A stretch of DNA of 27,976 nt. It comes from Candidatus Eiseniibacteriota bacterium (GTDB lineage: Bacteria > ARS69). Of the stretch, positions 8,509 to 16,555 are shown piece by piece. Every line of letters begins with the position of its first letter. Positions within the stretch are counted from its first letter, which is position 1. The position numbers were made by a program, and so were the translations under genes. Below the pieces are notes generated by a model, which searched no databases, had not been told where the DNA came from, and saw nothing but the letters and a program-made list of their open reading frames with translations. The stretch spans positions 1 to 27,976 of the forward strand of contig JBQTGV010000037.1 of NCBI GenBank assembly GCA_052390515.1, given 5' to 3'.

Positions 8509-9393
8509 CTATCCGAGATAGAGGATCGCGACGATCGCCGCCATCCAGGCCACGACGCTCAGGGCGAGGGCCGAGTCGCGGAAGAGGATTTCGGAAGGAT
8601 TCCCGCCGAGCCCTCTCTCCCGGATCAGGAACTGGTACCGGAAGAACCCATACACGACGAAGGGGACGGTGTAAACGAGTTTGTCCGTACCGATCCTCGC
8701 CACGGTCTGCGGCCAGATCGTGTAGATGGAGTACGTGAGGATCGCCGCCGTGGAGACCATGGGGATGATGCTGTCCAGCAGCTCGGTGCTGTAGTCGCCG
8801 AGGGTGGCGCGGTGGCGGGCCGCCGCCTCGTCCAGCAGGCGAAGCTCCGAGCGCCGCTTGCCGAAGCCCATCACCAGCGCCAGGAAGAACGTGCACAGCA
8901 GCAGCCAGTGCGAGAGCGTGACGCTGGAATCCACGTCGCGCAGGACCTCCACTCCGCCGATGGCCCGCATCATGAAGCCGACGGAGATGCCCATGACGTC
9001 GATGATGACGTGGTGCTTGAGCCAGAGCGTGTACAGGAGGTTCAAGGCCACGTACGACGCGCAGGCGATGCCGAAGCGGGTGCCCAGCTGGAAGGCGATC
9101 GCGACGCCTCCGCCCCACAGCGCCAGGAACAGGAGCGTCGCCGCGCGCTTCCCCACCGTGCCCGACGCGATCGGGCGCATCCGCTTCTCCGGATGCAGTC
9201 GGTCGCGCTCCGCGTCCACCAGGTCGTTGAACACATAGGTACCGCTGGACACGATGCAGAACGTGGCGAACGCGGCCAGCGCGCGCAGCACGAGCTCCGG
9301 CTCACCCAGCCTCTCGGCGAAGACCACGCCGGCCAGCACGACGACGTTCTTGATCCACTGGTAAGGGCGGATCAGCGTGACCAGCGCGGTCAT
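8509..9393 (-). CDS. UbiA-family decaprenyl-phosphate phosphoribosyltransferase-like membrane enzyme
   Basis: IRPYQWIKN, YVFNDLVDAERDRLHPEKRMRPIASG, LKHHVIIDV, FGKRRSEL, RATLGDYS: motifs of the DPPR-synthase subgroup of UbiA. Confidence 0.9.
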   Translation of the reverse strand: MTALVTLIRPYQWIKNVVVLAGVVFAERLGEPELVLRALAAFATFCIVSSGTYVFNDLVDAERDRLHPEKRMRPIASGTVGKRAATLLFLALWGGGVAIAFQLGTRFGIACASYVALNLLYTLWLKHHVIIDVMGISVGFMMRAIGGVEVLRDVDSSVTLSHWLLLCTFFLALVMGFGKRRSELRLLDEAAARHRATLGDYSTELLDSIIPMVSTAAILTYSIYTIWPQTVARIGTDKLVYTVPFVVYGFFRYQFLIRERGLGGNPSEILFRDSALALSVVAWMAAIVAILYLG

Positions 9394-10055
9394 CGCTCCT
9401 CCACCGCCGCTTCGGCCCGGTCCAGGACTTCTCGCATCTTGGAGACGATCAGGTCGATGGCCACGTCGTTGAATCCGCCCCGCGGGATGATGAAATCGGC
9501 ATGGCGCTTGGAGGGCTCGACGAACTGCTGGTGCATCGGCCGCACCGTGTCCTGGTACTGCTGCAGGACGGAGTGCACGGAGCGGCCACGCTCGTGGATG
9601 TCGCGCAGGAGGCGGCGCATCAGCCGCTCGTCGGCCTCAGCGTCCACGAAGAGCTTGATGTCCATCAAGGCACGCAACTCCTCCACGGTGAGCACCTGGA
9701 TTCCCTCGACCAGGATGAGGCTGGCCGGCCCCGTCGGCCGTTCCGCGTCCCTGCGAGTGTGGGTCTCGTAGTCGTAGACCGGCACGGGCACGGCGCGTCC
9801 GGCACGCAGCTCGACCAGGTGCCGGGCGAGCAGGTCGTTCTCGAACGCGTCCGGATGATCGTAGTTGAGCCTCGCCCGCTCCTCGAGGGAGAGGTCGGGG
9901 CGGTTCCGGTAGTACGAATCGTGGTGCACGATGACGACGCTCTTCCCGGCGAAGCGGTCCGCCAGGCGGAGCGCGACCGTCGTCTTCCCGGAGCCGCTCC
10001 CTCCGGCGATGCCGATCACCACGGGCCTCATGATCGGCGCGATCTCAGCGTTCAT
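9390..10055 (-). CDS. udk: Uridine kinase
   Basis: GIAGGSGSGKTT, DSYY, NYDHPDAF, RRLLRDIHERGRS, VRPMHQQFVEPSKRHAD. Confidence 0.97.
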   Translation of the reverse strand: MNAEIAPIMRPVVIGIAGGSGSGKTTVALRLADRFAGKSVVIVHHDSYYRNRPDLSLEERARLNYDHPDAFENDLLARHLVELRAGRAVPVPVYDYETHTRRDAERPTGPASLILVEGIQVLTVEELRALMDIKLFVDAEADERLMRRLLRDIHERGRSVHSVLQQYQDTVRPMHQQFVEPSKRHADFIIPRGGFNDVAIDLIVSKMREVLDRAEAAVEER

Positions 10056-10061
10056 GTCTCG

Positions 10062-10188
10062 AACGCGAACAGCAGTTCCACCCCGCTCGATCTCGCTCGG
10101 CGTCCTGCCTCGCTCGCATCGTGGCCTGAGGCCACCGCTCTCCGTGGCTCCGTCTCGGCGGCGACGACGCGACGCAGAACCTCGCGTT
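10062..10188 (-). repeat. Structured intergenic repeat, copy 1 (upstream of udk)
   Basis: Shares blocks cgctc, ctcgctcggcgtcc(a)tgcctcgctcg, gtggct and cggcggcgacgacgc with 25118-25205; flanked by aacgcga/tcgcgtt inverted repeat. Confidence 0.85.
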
Positions 10189-10205
10189 GCTTCCGGCTCA
10201 TGATT

Positions 10206-10568
10206 CTACGTTCGCGAGATGAGCCAGACGCCGAACGCGACGACCAGCGTGCCCAGGAACCTGGCGGGCGTGACCGACTCGTGCAGGATGAAGCGAGAGA
10301 GCAGCACGACCAGGATGTAGCCCATGGCCAGCATGGGATACGCGTACGAGAGGTCCGCCCGGGTGAGCACGATCAGCCACAGCGCAGCGGAGATCCCGTA
10401 GCAGGCGAACCCCAAGATGACGACGGGATTCGTCGCCGCGCGCAGCAGGCGCGGCATCACCTCGGCCACCTCGTCCACGACGTCGCCGGACGACATTCCG
10501 TGCTTGAGCAGGAACTGCCCGATCACGCCGAGGCAGACGCAAGTGAGGATCAGGAGGAAGTTCTTCAC
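10206..10568 (-). CDS. SMR/EamA-family small membrane protein (ArnE/ArnF-like lipid-linked sugar flippase)
   Basis: 120 aa, 4 TM helices, GQFLLKHG, WLIVLTRADLSYAYP, ILHESVT..RFLG..VVAFGVWLI. Confidence 0.85.
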   Translation of the reverse strand: MKNFLLILTCVCLGVIGQFLLKHGMSSGDVVDEVAEVMPRLLRAATNPVVILGFACYGISAALWLIVLTRADLSYAYPMLAMGYILVVLLSRFILHESVTPARFLGTLVVAFGVWLISRT

Positions 10569-10590
10569 CGCGAGCCCCGCATCCGCGCCA

Positions 10591-12105
10591 TCAGTACGCC
10601 TCCTCCTGGGACAGGAACCGGAACAGCGTGAGCACCAGGATCTTCACGTCGAGAGCCAGCGACCAGTTCTCGACGTACCAGATGTCGTAGCGGGTTCGCT
10701 CCTCGATGGAGGTGTCTCCGCGGAGACCGTTCACCTGGGCCCAGCCGGTCAGTCCGGACTTCACCCCGTGCCGCTCGAGATAGCGTGGGATGCTCCGGCG
10801 AAACTCCTCCACGAAGTGCCCGCGCTCCGGCCGGGGGCCGACCAGCGACATCTGACCCCTCAGGACGTTCCACAGCTGCGGCAGTTCGTCCAGGCTCGAG
10901 CGGCGCAGCACCCGGCCCAGCCGGGTCGGGCGGTCGTCCTCGCGATTCGCCCGGACGGGCCCGGTCGTCTTCTCCGCGTCGGGCGGCATCGACCGGAACT
11001 TGAGGATGTGGAACTCCCGGCCGTCCCGGCCCACCCGGCGTTGGCGGAAGAACACCGGCCCCGGCGAGTCCAGCTTCACGGCCAAGGCGAGCAGGGCGAG
11101 GAGCGGCAGGAACACGGTGAGGGCACACGCCGAGACGACGAGGTCGAGCGTGCGTTTCTTCACCCGGTCGATGCGGTCCAGCGGGTGCAGCCGCGAGCCC
11201 ACCAGCGGGATTCCGTCGAGCTCCTCGACGCGGACCCGTCCGAGCATCACCTCGAAAAGGTCCGGAACGAACTCGCAGCGCAGCCCGGCGTCGTGGCAGG
11301 CCTCCACCACGTCGAGCCGCTCGTCGTGGGTGAGCTCGGGATCGGTGACGATGATCCGCTCGATGCCGTGCTCGCGGGCGAAGGTGCAGACGCGCTCGGC
11401 GCTGCCGGCGGCCTGTGCGCCGGCGCCATCGCCGGGTCTCCAGTCCTCGCCGTCCAGCCGGGCGACGACTTCGAGCCCGCTCCCCGGTCTTGTGCGGATG
11501 TTCTCGGCGAGGCGGTCGGCCAAGCGGCCGCCGCCCACGATGCCGACGCGCTGCACGCCGAAGCCCCGGCTGCGGAGTCCGCGGTGCACGCTCAGGGCTG
11601 CTCCACGCAGCGCGACGACGGCCATCCAGGAGACCGCGAGATAGCCGACCAGAAACGTCCGCGAGTAGGAGAAGTCGCGGTAGAAGAAGGCGATGGACGC
11701 GAGCAGGACGCCGAGCAGCACCAGCGCACGGGCCGCGCGCATGGCGTCGCGGAGCAGACCGGCGGTACGGTGCGGGCGGTAGAGCCCGGCGGCGTTCGCC
11801 ACGAAGAGCCCGACCGGAACCACCACGGCGAGCGATCCCGCGTAGAACCCGGGCGCCGGAACGCCGAGCGGCACCGGGAAGGCACCGGACAGGAAGCGGA
11901 TCCAGTACGTGGCGAGCATCGCCGCGGAGAGCGCGAGTGCGTCCGCCAGGACGAGCGTGGCGGTGAAGACCACCGGCGCGAGCTCCCTCGTGGCCGGCGG
12001 CGTCGGGCGGCTGGGCGGCGTCGACGGGACGCGCAGCCGGCCTTTCGCCGGCGCGGGAGCCGGCGGGGTGCGGAGAGGCCGTGGCGCCGTCCGGGTGGGG
12101 CTCAC
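10591..12105 (-). CDS. Undecaprenyl-phosphate glucose phosphotransferase (WcaJ-like priming glycosyltransferase)
   Basis: KRTLDL, SPGPVFFRQRRVG, KFRSM, LRRSSLDELPQLWNVLRGQMSLVGPRPE, GLTGWAQVNGLRGDT, YDIWYVENWS; four N-terminal TMs; GTG 12105 overlaps the gmhA stop, SD GGAGGA. Confidence 0.93.
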   Translation of the reverse strand: MSPTRTAPRPLRTPPAPAPAKGRLRVPSTPPSRPTPPATRELAPVVFTATLVLADALALSAAMLATYWIRFLSGAFPVPLGVPAPGFYAGSLAVVVPVGLFVANAAGLYRPHRTAGLLRDAMRAARALVLLGVLLASIAFFYRDFSYSRTFLVGYLAVSWMAVVALRGAALSVHRGLRSRGFGVQRVGIVGGGRLADRLAENIRTRPGSGLEVVARLDGEDWRPGDGAGAQAAGSAERVCTFAREHGIERIIVTDPELTHDERLDVVEACHDAGLRCEFVPDLFEVMLGRVRVEELDGIPLVGSRLHPLDRIDRVKKRTLDLVVSACALTVFLPLLALLALAVKLDSPGPVFFRQRRVGRDGREFHILKFRSMPPDAEKTTGPVRANREDDRPTRLGRVLRRSSLDELPQLWNVLRGQMSLVGPRPERGHFVEEFRRSIPRYLERHGVKSGLTGWAQVNGLRGDTSIEERTRYDIWYVENWSLALDVKILVLTLFRFLSQEEAY

Positions 12106-12683
12106 GCCACTCCTCCGACCACGGCCTGCTCCAGCGCCTCGCACAGCAGGTGCTCCATCACGAGGTGAGCCTCCTGGATGCGCGGCGTCGCGGCGGACGG
12201 CGCGCGCAGGCAGTGGTCCACCACCCGCGCGAGCTTCCCGCCGGATGCCCCGGTCAGGCCGACGGTGACAAGCCCGAGCGCTCGCGCGCGTTCCGCGGCA
12301 CGCACGACGTTCGCCGAGTTGCCGCTGGTGGAAATGGCCAGCAGGACGTCGCCGGGCCGTCCGAGCGCCTCCACCTGGCGGGCAAAGATCTGCTCGAAGC
12401 CCAGATCGTTCCCGGCCGCGGTGAGCACCGAGCTGTCCACGGTGAGCGCGAGCGCGGGAATCGGCCTCCGGTCGGCAAGGTAGCGGACGGTGAGCTCCGT
12501 CGCGACGTGCTGGGAGTCCGCGGCGCTCCCTCCGTTCCCGCACACCAGGATCTTCCCGCCCGCGGCGATCCGCCCGGACACCACCCGGGCAACCACCTCG
12601 AGCGTGGGCGCGACCTCCGCGGAGAGCTGCTGCAGCACCGCGACGGTCTCGCCGATCGAAGCTCGGATCTTCGCCTGGTCCAA
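12102..12683 (-). CDS. gmhA: D-sedoheptulose-7-phosphate isomerase
   Basis: CGNGGSAADSQH, GNDLGFEQIFARQV, STSGNSANV, TPRIQEAH; TTG start with SD GGAGGAGG. Confidence 0.95.
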   Translation of the reverse strand: MDQAKIRASIGETVAVLQQLSAEVAPTLEVVARVVSGRIAAGGKILVCGNGGSAADSQHVATELTVRYLADRRPIPALALTVDSSVLTAAGNDLGFEQIFARQVEALGRPGDVLLAISTSGNSANVVRAAERARALGLVTVGLTGASGGKLARVVDHCLRAPSAATPRIQEAHLVMEHLLCEALEQAVVGGVA

Positions 12684-12745
12684 GGCGTTGGCCCTCCTCC
12701 GGGTCCCCGCCGACCGCGCCGAACGCCGAGGGGCTCGCAGGCGCG

Positions 12746-12774
12746 AGGATCCGTCCAGTCCCCGAGGATGTCAA
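12746..12774 (-). promoter_or_regulatory. Possible sigma70 promoter for gmhA-wcaJ
   Basis: Perfect TTGACA (12774-12769), 17 nt spacer, weak -10 GATCCT. Confidence 0.35.
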
Positions 12775-12832
12775 GGAGACCCCCGGGGGAGCGCTCCCTG
12801 AACGAGGCCGAGGGCCCGGCGAGGACGCCGCT

Positions 12833-13579
12833 TCAGGCGGGGGCGCCGCTGCGGTAGCGCGCCACCACCGTGGCGGGGTCGCCGTCGGCGATCAGCCTAC
12901 CTCTCTCCAGCAGCACGACGCGGTCGCAGAACTTCTCGACGGTGTGCAGATCGTGGGACGCGAAGATGATGGTCTTCCCCGCATCGCGGAACTCGTTCAT
13001 GCGGAGCAGACATCGCTCGTGGAACGCCGCGTCGCCGACGGCCAGCACCTCGTCGATGAGCAGCACGTGCGGATCCACGTCCGTCGCGATGGAGAACCCC
13101 AGACGCGCGCTCATTCCGGCGGAGTAGTTCTTCACCGGGACGTCGATGAAGCGCTCCAGCTCCGCGAACCGCACGATGCGGTCGAACTTCTCGCTGACCT
13201 GCGCGCGCGTGTGCCCGAAGAAGGCTCCGGCCAGGTACACGTTCTCGGCTCCGGAGAGCTCCGGATCGAACCCCGCGCCGAGCTCGATCAGCGTGGACAC
13301 ACGCCCTTCGACGTGCAGCGAACCCGATGTCGGTCGCAGCACCCCGGCCAGCAGGCGGAGCGTGGTGGTCTTCCCGCTGCCGTTGGCGCCGATCAGACCG
13401 AGCGTCTGCCCCTGCGGAACTTCCAGGTCGAGCGAATCGATCGCCCGGAAGTGCTCCACTTCCATCCTTCGCCCCTTGAGGAGGCGGATCGTCGCTTCCT
13501 TCAGCGTGACGTTGCGCTCGTGGACCAGGCGGTACTCGACCGTGACCTGGCGGAGCTGCACGGCGGGCCGGGTCGTCAC
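12833..13579 (-). CDS. wzt: Polysaccharide ABC exporter ATP-binding subunit (Wzt/TagH-like, no C-terminal CBM)
   Basis: GANGSGKTT, LIELGAGFDPELSGAEN, YSAGMSARLGF, LLIDEVLAVGD, ASHD; GTG 13579 overlaps the wzm stop; 248 aa. Confidence 0.93.
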   Translation of the reverse strand: MTTRPAVQLRQVTVEYRLVHERNVTLKEATIRLLKGRRMEVEHFRAIDSLDLEVPQGQTLGLIGANGSGKTTTLRLLAGVLRPTSGSLHVEGRVSTLIELGAGFDPELSGAENVYLAGAFFGHTRAQVSEKFDRIVRFAELERFIDVPVKNYSAGMSARLGFSIATDVDPHVLLIDEVLAVGDAAFHERCLLRMNEFRDAGKTIIFASHDLHTVEKFCDRVVLLERGRLIADGDPATVVARYRSGAPA

Positions 13580-14355
13580 GACAGGTACTGCAGGAAGAGG
13601 TGCTCCCCCTTGCGGAAGACGGCCAGCCCGGCGAGGAACGTGAGAACGGCCAGAACTCCGGAGATGGCGAAGACCTCCGGACCGGGAAAGGCGCCTTCCA
13701 GGAAGATCGTGCGGAAGGGTACGGCCAGATACACGAGGGGGTTCAGCTCGAACCATGATCGATAGGACGCGGGAATGATCGCGATCGGGTAGATGATCGG
13801 CGTGAGATAGAACAGTCCGGTGAGCACGACCTGGATGATGTGCGTCAGGTCGCGGAAGAAGACGCTGCCCGCCGCGAGCGCGAGCGTCACGCCGCTGGTG
13901 AAGGCCCACAAGGTCAGCGCGAACCAGGGCACCACCAGGATCGCGGCGCGCGGCGGGACCTGCTGCCAGAGCATGACCAGCAGCAGCGGGATCATGGCCA
14001 GCAGCAGGTTCATGAGCTGGCTCGACACCATGGCGATCGGGAAGATCGCGTTGGGCACGCGGATGTTGCGGATGAGCCTCTCGTTGTGCAGGACGGACAG
14101 GCACCCGCTGCTGAGGGACTGGGCGAAGAAGTTCCACGGCAGCAGCGCACTCAGCACGAACACGGGGAAGCGATCGATGGGCAGGCGCATGGCGTGGGAG
14201 AAGACCGCGGTGAGGATCATCATGGTCATCAGCGGGTTCATGATCGTCCACATCAGGCCGAGCACGCTGCGGCGGTAGCGGAGCTTGAGCTCTTTGGTCA
14301 CGAGCACCCAGCACAGCTCGCGGAAGCTCCACAGGTCCTGCAGCGAGCGCAGCAC
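13576..14355 (-). CDS. wzm: Polysaccharide ABC exporter permease
   Basis: ELKLRYRRSVLGLMWTIMNPL, LLPWNFF, FFRDLTHI, FYLTPIIYP, LNPL. Confidence 0.94.
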   Translation of the reverse strand: MLRSLQDLWSFRELCWVLVTKELKLRYRRSVLGLMWTIMNPLMTMMILTAVFSHAMRLPIDRFPVFVLSALLPWNFFAQSLSSGCLSVLHNERLIRNIRVPNAIFPIAMVSSQLMNLLLAMIPLLLVMLWQQVPPRAAILVVPWFALTLWAFTSGVTLALAAGSVFFRDLTHIIQVVLTGLFYLTPIIYPIAIIPASYRSWFELNPLVYLAVPFRTIFLEGAFPGPEVFAISGVLAVLTFLAGLAVFRKGEHLFLQYLS

Positions 14356-14381
14356 GCCACCCTCCCGCCGAAAGGCGGCGC

Positions 14382-14495
14382 ATCATACTCCACACCCTCC
14401 GCCTGCGGAAGGCGATGCCGCTGCCGGCCCCGCACCGGACCGCCGCGACCGCTCGTGGTGCGGCGCTTGACAGGCCGTGCCGCCGGCGTCACCTT
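14382..14495. promoter_or_regulatory. Divergent promoter region between wzm and the GT2 block
   Basis: Plus strand: TTGACA (14467-14472), 17 nt, CACCTT (14490-14495). Minus strand: -10 TATGAT (14387-14382) about 27 nt before wzm. Confidence 0.45.
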
Positions 14496-14581
14496 GGCCG
14501 CGCGCGCCGGAGATCTCGCGCCCACCCGAGTTTCCCGCGGCCGGCGCTCCGTTTTCCCGACCCCGTCTGGTGCGCGTCGCG

Positions 14582-15436
14582 ATGAACATCCCCGTCCTCG
14601 TGGTCAGCTACGGCGTGAAGGGCCTGCTGGAGCGGTGCCTCGCTTCGCTGCGCGAGGACGGCTGGACCGACGTCGTGGTGGTGGACAACGCCTCCCCGGA
14701 CGGCAGCGCGGAGATGGTCCGCGCCCGGTTCCCCTGGGTGCGCCTCATCGCGCTCACCGAGAACCGCGGATTCTCCGCTGCGGTGAACTTGGCCGCCGCC
14801 GCCGCCACGGGGGATGCGCTGTTCGTGCTGAATCCGGACACCGTCGTGCCCGTGGGTACGCGCGCGGGAGCGCTGCGCTCCCTCCGGGATCATCCGGAGG
14901 CCGCCGCCGTCGGGTTCCGTCAGGTGGATGAGGACGGGACGTTCCAGCTGAGCGTCGGCCTGCAGCCCGGCTTCGCCACCGAACTGCTCCGCTGCATCGT
15001 GCAGAGGCGGCTCGACTCCGGCGACCGCAAGCTGGCCGCGCGCATCGATCGCCGGCTCTCCACCGCCCGACCGATCGCCTGGGTCTCCGGCGCGACGCTC
15101 CTCGTTCGCCGGGACGCGTTCGATGCGGTGGGCGGTTTCGACGAAGGGTTCTTCCTCTATTTCGAGGACATCGACTTCTGCCTTCGCGTAGGCCGGAGCG
15201 GTCGCGTCATCCTCTACGATCCGAGCGTGACGGTGCTGCATCACCGCGGCGAATCCGCACGCACCAACTCGGAGCGTGCCGCCCGCGAGTACCGGAGGAG
15301 CCAGTTGCGCTTCTGGGAGAAGCACTCCGGCCGCGCGACGCGCCGCGCCGTCCGCCTCTATCAGAAGGTCCGTGGGTGCGAGGTCGACGAGGAGCCCGCC
15401 GCCGCGCAGACACTGGGCGAAGGGCGCTGCTCGTGA
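14582..15436 (+). CDS. GT2 glycosyltransferase (WbbL-like, possible rhamnosyltransferase)
   Basis: VVVVDNASPDGS, ENRGFSAAVN, LNPDT, WVSGATLLVR, GGFDEGFFLYFEDIDFC. Confidence 0.9.
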   Translation: MNIPVLVVSYGVKGLLERCLASLREDGWTDVVVVDNASPDGSAEMVRARFPWVRLIALTENRGFSAAVNLAAAAATGDALFVLNPDTVVPVGTRAGALRSLRDHPEAAAVGFRQVDEDGTFQLSVGLQPGFATELLRCIVQRRLDSGDRKLAARIDRRLSTARPIAWVSGATLLVRRDAFDAVGGFDEGFFLYFEDIDFCLRVGRSGRVILYDPSVTVLHHRGESARTNSERAAREYRRSQLRFWEKHSGRATRRAVRLYQKVRGCEVDEEPAAAQTLGEGRCS

Positions 15437-16527
15437 GCCGAGTCCTGCACGTGACCGCGTCCGGCGAAGGAGGCGGCGCCGTCCACCTGACGATGCTGCT
15501 GCCGGCGCTCCGGCGGCTGGGGATCACCTCCGAGGCCGCCGTCGAGGAGCGCGGCCCGCTGGCCGGCCGGCTGCGCTCGCTCGGGTTCACCGTCCATCCG
15601 CTGGATCTCTTCCGCTCGCGGTTCGACGCGACGGCACCGTTTCGCCTCGCGAGCATCGTGCGCCGGTCGAACCCCGACGTGATCCACTACCACGGTACCC
15701 GCGCGGCCTTCTTCGGTGCCTGCGCGCGCCTCCTCCTCCGGCACCGCCCGGCCACGCTCTACACCGTGCACGGTCTCTCCTATCGCAAGGAATCGAACCG
15801 CATCTCGCGGGCGGTCTTCCTCTTCGCCGAGCTGCTCGCCTGCCGCGGCGCGGACCTGGTGATCTCGGTCTCGCAGGTGGATCTGCAGGACCTCGCGCAG
15901 CGCGGCCTGCTGGGGAGGACGCCCGGACGGCACATCCCCAACGCCGTGGACGGAGAGCGATTCTCGCCGGGAGATCGCGGCGCGGCGCGCGTACGTCTCG
16001 GCCTGCCGCGCGATGCCTTCATCGTGGGCACCGTGTCGCGTCTGGTGCCGCAGAAGTCCGTGATCGACTTGATCCACGCCGCGGTCCGGCTGCCCGCCGC
16101 CTTCGTGGTCATCGTGGGCGACGGACCGGAGCGACCGCTCCTGGAGCAGGCGGCGCGTCCGCTCGGCGAGCGGATCCTCTTCCTGGGCCACCGTGACGAT
16201 GTCGCCGAGCTGCTGCGCGCCTTCGACGTGTTCGTGCTGTGCTCGCGGTGGGAGGGGGAACCGCTCGTGCTCCTGGAGGCGATGGCCACGGCGATCCCGT
16301 GGGTGTCCGCGGCCAACACCGCGGCCCGGGAAATCTTGGAGAGCGGGGGCGGCGGCCTGATCGTGCCGGTGGGCGAACCCGACGAGCTGGCGCGGGTGCT
16401 CGCGGAGCTGGCCGGTGCGCCGGAGTCCCGCAGCGCGATCGGCGAGACCGGCCGGCGTGCCGTCCAGGGGCGGTCCGCGGACGCGCTGGCCCGGGCCGTG
16501 GCGGAAGCGTACGCTGTCGCCACCTAG
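15433..16527 (+). CDS. GT4 glycosyltransferase
   Basis: GGGAVH, PDVIHYH, YTVHG, IPNAVD, RLVPQK, VGDGPER, SRWEGEPLVLLEAMA (EX7E); GTGA overlap. Confidence 0.92.
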   Translation: MSRVLHVTASGEGGGAVHLTMLLPALRRLGITSEAAVEERGPLAGRLRSLGFTVHPLDLFRSRFDATAPFRLASIVRRSNPDVIHYHGTRAAFFGACARLLLRHRPATLYTVHGLSYRKESNRISRAVFLFAELLACRGADLVISVSQVDLQDLAQRGLLGRTPGRHIPNAVDGERFSPGDRGAARVRLGLPRDAFIVGTVSRLVPQKSVIDLIHAAVRLPAAFVVIVGDGPERPLLEQAARPLGERILFLGHRDDVAELLRAFDVFVLCSRWEGEPLVLLEAMATAIPWVSAANTAAREILESGGGGLIVPVGEPDELARVLAELAGAPESRSAIGETGRRAVQGRSADALARAVAEAYAVAT

Positions 16528-16555
16528 CCCTGGCCACGACACGTCGATCCGTCGG

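Noticed and set aside
12102-12683. DiaA rather than GmhA
   Set aside because: Catalytic motifs (SQH, QEAH, EH) and the glycan-locus context favour GmhA.
10591-12774. Extended ORF-track starts (727-aa WcaJ, 520-aa Wzt, 967-aa fusion, 670-aa GT9, 607-aa GT, 455-aa DUF2232, 408-aa RfbD)
   Set aside because: The extensions overlap neighbouring real genes; internal starts with stop/start overlaps, SDs or homology boundaries fit better, so these are not extra fusions.
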